Source: the human T2T-CHM13v2.0 reference genome, Homo sapiens. From it: a stretch of 64,000 nucleotides of DNA. Shown here piece after piece: positions 54,700 to 64,000 of the stretch (the stretch's first letter is position 1; each line of letters opens with the position of its first letter). Where the stretch lies: the NCBI RefSeq assembly GCF_009914755.1, contig NC_060935.1; one strand, 5' to 3'. A program made the translations under genes and the position numbers. Below the pieces are notes generated by a model, which made no database searches, was not told where the DNA came from, and saw nothing but the letters and a program-made list of their open reading frames with translations.

Positions 54700-55473
54700 A
54701 GGGGTGAGCGGGCGACGCTGCCTCACGTCATTGTCCTGCCCTCCAAGGCCCGCGCTCGTCCTCTGACAGGATGCCCTGACACCGCAGTGCGGGGGCGGCC
54801 TCCCAGATAGGGCCGCAGTCGCTAAGTCCGAGGCGGCTGGCTCACCTCACTGAGCCCGGCTGGACGTGGGACCACCGGTCGCCGCGGCCAGGGAACCACC
54901 AAGGAGTCAAGGCGAGCCTACCGCCAGCAGCTTCTGCCCGGGCCCACGCGCCGTTCCGGGTAGGCCCGCGGCGCAGGCCACTTCCGGCAGCGGTGCACCA
55001 TGGGACTTGCAGTTCGCTGGCAAAGGTTGAGTCCCGGGCGTGGCGGCCGCGCTCCATGTTGGGAGCTGTAGGCGCCGCGTGGCATGCTGGGGGTGCTAGG
55101 TACCGAAGGCAGATGCCGTCCCTTTGGACTCGCTTCGTCCAACGCCCCCACGAGTTTCGGTGGCCCTTCGCCCCACGCTATAAGAGCAGTCACTTCCGGA
55201 ACTGCTGCCCTTCGCCTTTGCCGCGAAAAGTGCCTGACGGGGGCTGGGAAGGGGGAGGGGGAAGGAGTCAACGACTCCCTCCCCGTCGTCATTGGCTGAG
55301 CGCCTCGTGACGTCACTCTGAGGCGCCTCATGCGGCGCCGCGCACGGGTCCCAGAGCCTTCTGGGTAGCGGTTTAACCCCGCCTCTTGCGTCGGCGCCTT
55401 CCTTTTCCTCCCTGTCGCCACCGAGGTCGCACGCGTGAGACTTCTCCGCCGCCTCCGCCGCAGACGCCGCCGC
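54700..55473 (+). promoter_or_regulatory. RPLP2: RPLP2 CpG-island promoter, TCT initiator/5'TOP and non-coding exon 1 (about 55401-55473)
   Basis: ETS/GABP CACTTCCGG at 54979 and 55191, ATTGG at 55291, CRE TGACGTCA at 55308-55315, pyrimidine tract CCTTCCTTTTCCTCCCT from 55397, donor CGC|gtgagt. Confidence 0.9.
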
Positions 55474-55668
55474 GTGAGTGTGGTGACCGGGCCCGGGGTG
55501 CCGGCTGGGGACGCGGAGTCCGTGGGGATGCGGGGTGGGCGGCGGGGTATTTTTGGGACGGAGGCCTACGGGCCGAGCCACGCGCGGCCTCGCCCGGCGG
55601 CCCCGGGATGGGCCGGCAGGAGGCCGCCGGGGTAACTCCGCCGTCGCGTCCTCTCCGCCCGCCTCAGG

Positions 55669-58270
55669 ATGCGCTACGTCGCCTCCTACCTGCTGGCTGC
55701 CCTAGGGGGCAACTCCTCCCCCAGCGCCAAGGACATCAAGAAGATCTTGGACAGCGTGGGTATCGAGGCGGACGACGACCGGCTCAACAAGGTAGCGGCC
55801 GCCCTTGCCCCGCAGCCGCCGTGGGGCCCCAGTGTCCCATACAGGCGATTCTTCTGCCTGATCCGGCCACATGCTGGAGGGTTCGGGGAGAGGCTCGTTT
55901 CAGTCTAGTTGGCGATTTCTTGGATAGAGAAGTAAGCCGGGCGGAGGTCGGGCGCGGTGGCTCACGCCTGTAGTCCCAGTACTTTGGGAGGACGAGGCAG
56001 GCGGATCACCTGAGGTCAGGGGTTCGAGACCAGCCTGGTAAACATGTCGAAACCCCATCCCTACTAAAAATACAAAAATTAGCCGGGCGTGGTGGTGGGT
56101 GCCTGTAGTCCCCCTACTTGGGAGGCTGAGGCAGGAAAATCGCTCGAACCCGGGAGATGGAGGTTGCACGGATCGTGCCACTGTACTCCAGTCTGGGTGG
56201 CAGAAGGAGACCCTGTCTCAAAAGGAAAAAAAAAAAAAAAAGCAGGGTGGGTACGAGGCAAAATCGTGATTAACAAGCTTTGGAAGTTTAATACCAGTGA
56301 GCTGCGTAAGATTGCTTTAAAAAAAAAAAAAAAGCAGTCCTGGCGCATGGCTCACCCGGCTTTGGGAGGCCATGGCGAGTGGATTATTGGAGCCTTGAAG
56401 TTCGAGACTGGTCTGGAAAACATTGCAAGACCCGGTCTCCACAAAAAAAAAAAAAAAAAAAATGGTTGGAGGCAGTGGTGCACATCTGTAGTCTCAGCTA
56501 CTCATGAGGCTGATGCGGGAGAATCATTTGAGCCTTAGAGGTCAAGGCTGCACTGAGTAGTGATTGTGCCACTGCAGTCTAACAGAACCAGGCCTCGTCT
56601 CTAAAATACAATAAAAAATTAGCCAGGCTTGGTTGCTCATGCCTGTAGTCCCAGACTGAGGTGGGATAGTCACTTGAGCCCGGGAGGTCAAGGCTGCAGT
56701 GAGATCCTACCACTGCACTCCAGCCTGAAGTCAAAGTCAATTTCATTGCCAGTTTATTTTGCCAGTGTTGAAGATACCTATGAGTAGTCAACATAAGTAG
56801 TGAGATGCCCTGTGTCCTTTTGTCAGTCCTAAGTCTAAGAAAGCTAGTGTCCATTTATTTTTATATCACTTCCCAAGTGAGGCTGGTGGCTCCCTTTGGG
56901 CAGTGCAGTTCTGGAAACTTCAGGGCCTATTCCCATGTGGGGAACCCAGTCCTGCTGTGACTCTGGGAGGGAGAGGGCCGGGGATACAATCGTACATTCC
57001 TGGTAACAGCCCTGTGATTGTCTGCTTCAGGTTATCAGTGAGCTGAATGGAAAAAACATTGAAGACGTCATTGCCCAGGGTGAGTTGATGTGGACGGGCT
57101 TTCGTTTGTTTTCATGGTCCATCCTAATCCCTGCCGGTCCATCTGTGGCCTGCCAGGTTTCGCTTGTGGACCAGAGCACCCTAGAAGCCTCACCCGAGGA
57201 GTGAGCAGGGCTCCAGTGGGCTCACGTCATGGGCACTTCTAGACACTCTCAGGAGCAGGGCAGCAGGGGGCACCCTGTGTTCTCAGCAGACGTTTAGGTG
57301 GCCCTGCCTCTTAAGCCTGACTGCTCCTAGCCCTGAGGCCATTCCCCAGGATTTGTCTGAAGCTTGGTGTCTGGAGAACTGAGTTCACGTCAGCAGTCCT
57401 TACCACATGCTTTCTGTGAGGGGGTTGGGGGCAGGGACTGAGGGTGCCAGGGATGTCCATAGGCTCCTTGCCTCTTTGTTGGGCAGATGGTTTTTTGTTG
57501 GCTTCAGCTGAGCTGGTGGAACTTGTTTGGAAGTTGAGCTGTTGGGGCAGCTGTTCTTGTCTTCCATGCATGTGACCACGACAGGGCCAGCTCAGCAAAC
57601 GGGCCAAGCCATGAACACAGCATTGTGGCCAGAGATGTGGATACTGGGGCAGCACACTCATTCCCTACCTAGTTATGAACATGTCTGTCCAGTGGACCTC
57701 TGAGGGTGGAGGTGGGGAAATTGGGCAGGCAGGCAGTGTGGGCCTAATTCCTAGAAGGCAAGTCCCTGGATAGGAAAGGTGGGGAAGAGAAGTCCCCGTT
57801 GAGGAGTGGCTCAGGGAGGGAGTGTTCAGGAAGAACGGGAGACACTGGCATATGGTGGGTCCAGATATGTTGGGTGCCATGTGCCATCTCTGGTGCCATC
57901 TAACTTCCCTGTGGAACAGCCTCCCAGGCTGGGCAGCTGCTCTGGTCTCACCTCTCTGCTTTCTGTAGGTATTGGCAAGCTTGCCAGTGTACCTGCTGGT
58001 GGGGCTGTAGCCGTCTCTGCTGCCCCAGGCTCTGCAGCCCCTGCTGCTGGTTCTGCCCCTGCTGCAGGTAAGTGGTGGCCTGGTGAGTGGGCAAGGGGCT
58101 GGGGCTCAGACGGTGTTGCTGCAGTGGGGTCTTCATGGGGGGACTGGCCTGGCACTTGGGCAGTGCTCACCATGCCTCTCCTCTGTTCCACAGCAGAGGA
58201 GAAGAAAGATGAGAAGAAGGAGGAGTCTGAAGAGTCAGATGATGACATGGGATTTGGCCTTTTTGATTAA
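55669..58270 (+). CDS. RPLP2: 60S acidic ribosomal protein P2, 115 aa
   Basis: Exons at 55669-55791, 57031-57079, 57969-58067 and 58194-58270 total 348 nt: [14 protein letters not shown]...[19 protein letters not shown] at 58288-58293. Confidence 0.99.
55947..56730 (+). mobile_element. Alus and Alu fragments in RPLP2 intron 2
   Basis: Alu consensus and A tails. Confidence 0.88.
57115..57248 (+). ncRNA. SNORA52: H/ACA box snoRNA ACA52 in an RPLP2 intron
   Basis: 134 nt. First hairpin closed by TGGTCCA/TGGACCA, H box AGAGCA at 57173-57178, second hairpin closed by CTAGAAG/CTTCTAG, ACA at 57243-57245 three nt from the end. Confidence 0.95.
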
Positions 58271-58532
58271 ATTCCTGCTCCCCTGCAAATAAAGCCTTTT
58301 TACACATCTCTCAAGTATTCCATGAGCACTTTGTCAAGGGTGGCCTCTGCCCAGGTTCTTATCCAAGAGGGCAGGTGTGGAGCTGAAGTGTGGGCAACAT
58401 GGTATTGGGGAAGCGTTTCTGGTGCAAAATGAGCATGAGGAGGGGAGTCTGGGCATCACAGCTGCCTGGGGTCCCTTCCTGTGGCCTTGAGCAGTATCCT
58501 AGCTCCTGAGTACACCCCAGAAGAATGCGAAC

Positions 58533-63999
<5,467 letters not shown>

Positions 64000-64000
64000 C

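Overview
This is human (primate) genomic DNA, GC-rich and Alu-dense, recognisable from the translated exons as the 11p15.5 gene cluster. In order it contains TALDO1 (exons 2-8, +), GATD1/PDDC1 (-), a probable divergent lncRNA (GATD1-DT, +), CEND1 (-), SLC25A22 (-), PANO1 (+, antisense over the SLC25A22 promoter), PIDD1 (-, with an overlapping 171-aa alternative ORF), and RPLP2 (+) hosting the H/ACA snoRNA SNORA52. An Alu-rich tail follows. I rebuilt all coding exons by hand from splice signals. The complete CDSs sum to intact frames: GATD1 220 aa, CEND1 149 aa, SLC25A22 323 aa, PIDD1 910 aa and RPLP2 115 aa. This is a well-studied locus and I found no wholly new multi-gene system. The most interesting unexplained signals are six: (1) a non-Alu, strand-specific long hairpin in the GATD1 3'UTR that buries a miR-17-family site; (2) an 84-bp tandem duplication that copies the GATD1 exon-5 donor in frame; (3) a 12-copy branch-point/G-quadruplex minisatellite forming the TALDO1 exon-5 acceptor; (4) a p53 half-site whose CATG core is the altPIDD1 start codon; (5) an Alu-bracketed, endlessly open TALDO1 exon 3-4 circle; (6) a CEND1 uORF. 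Repeat coordinates are approximate and were read by eye.
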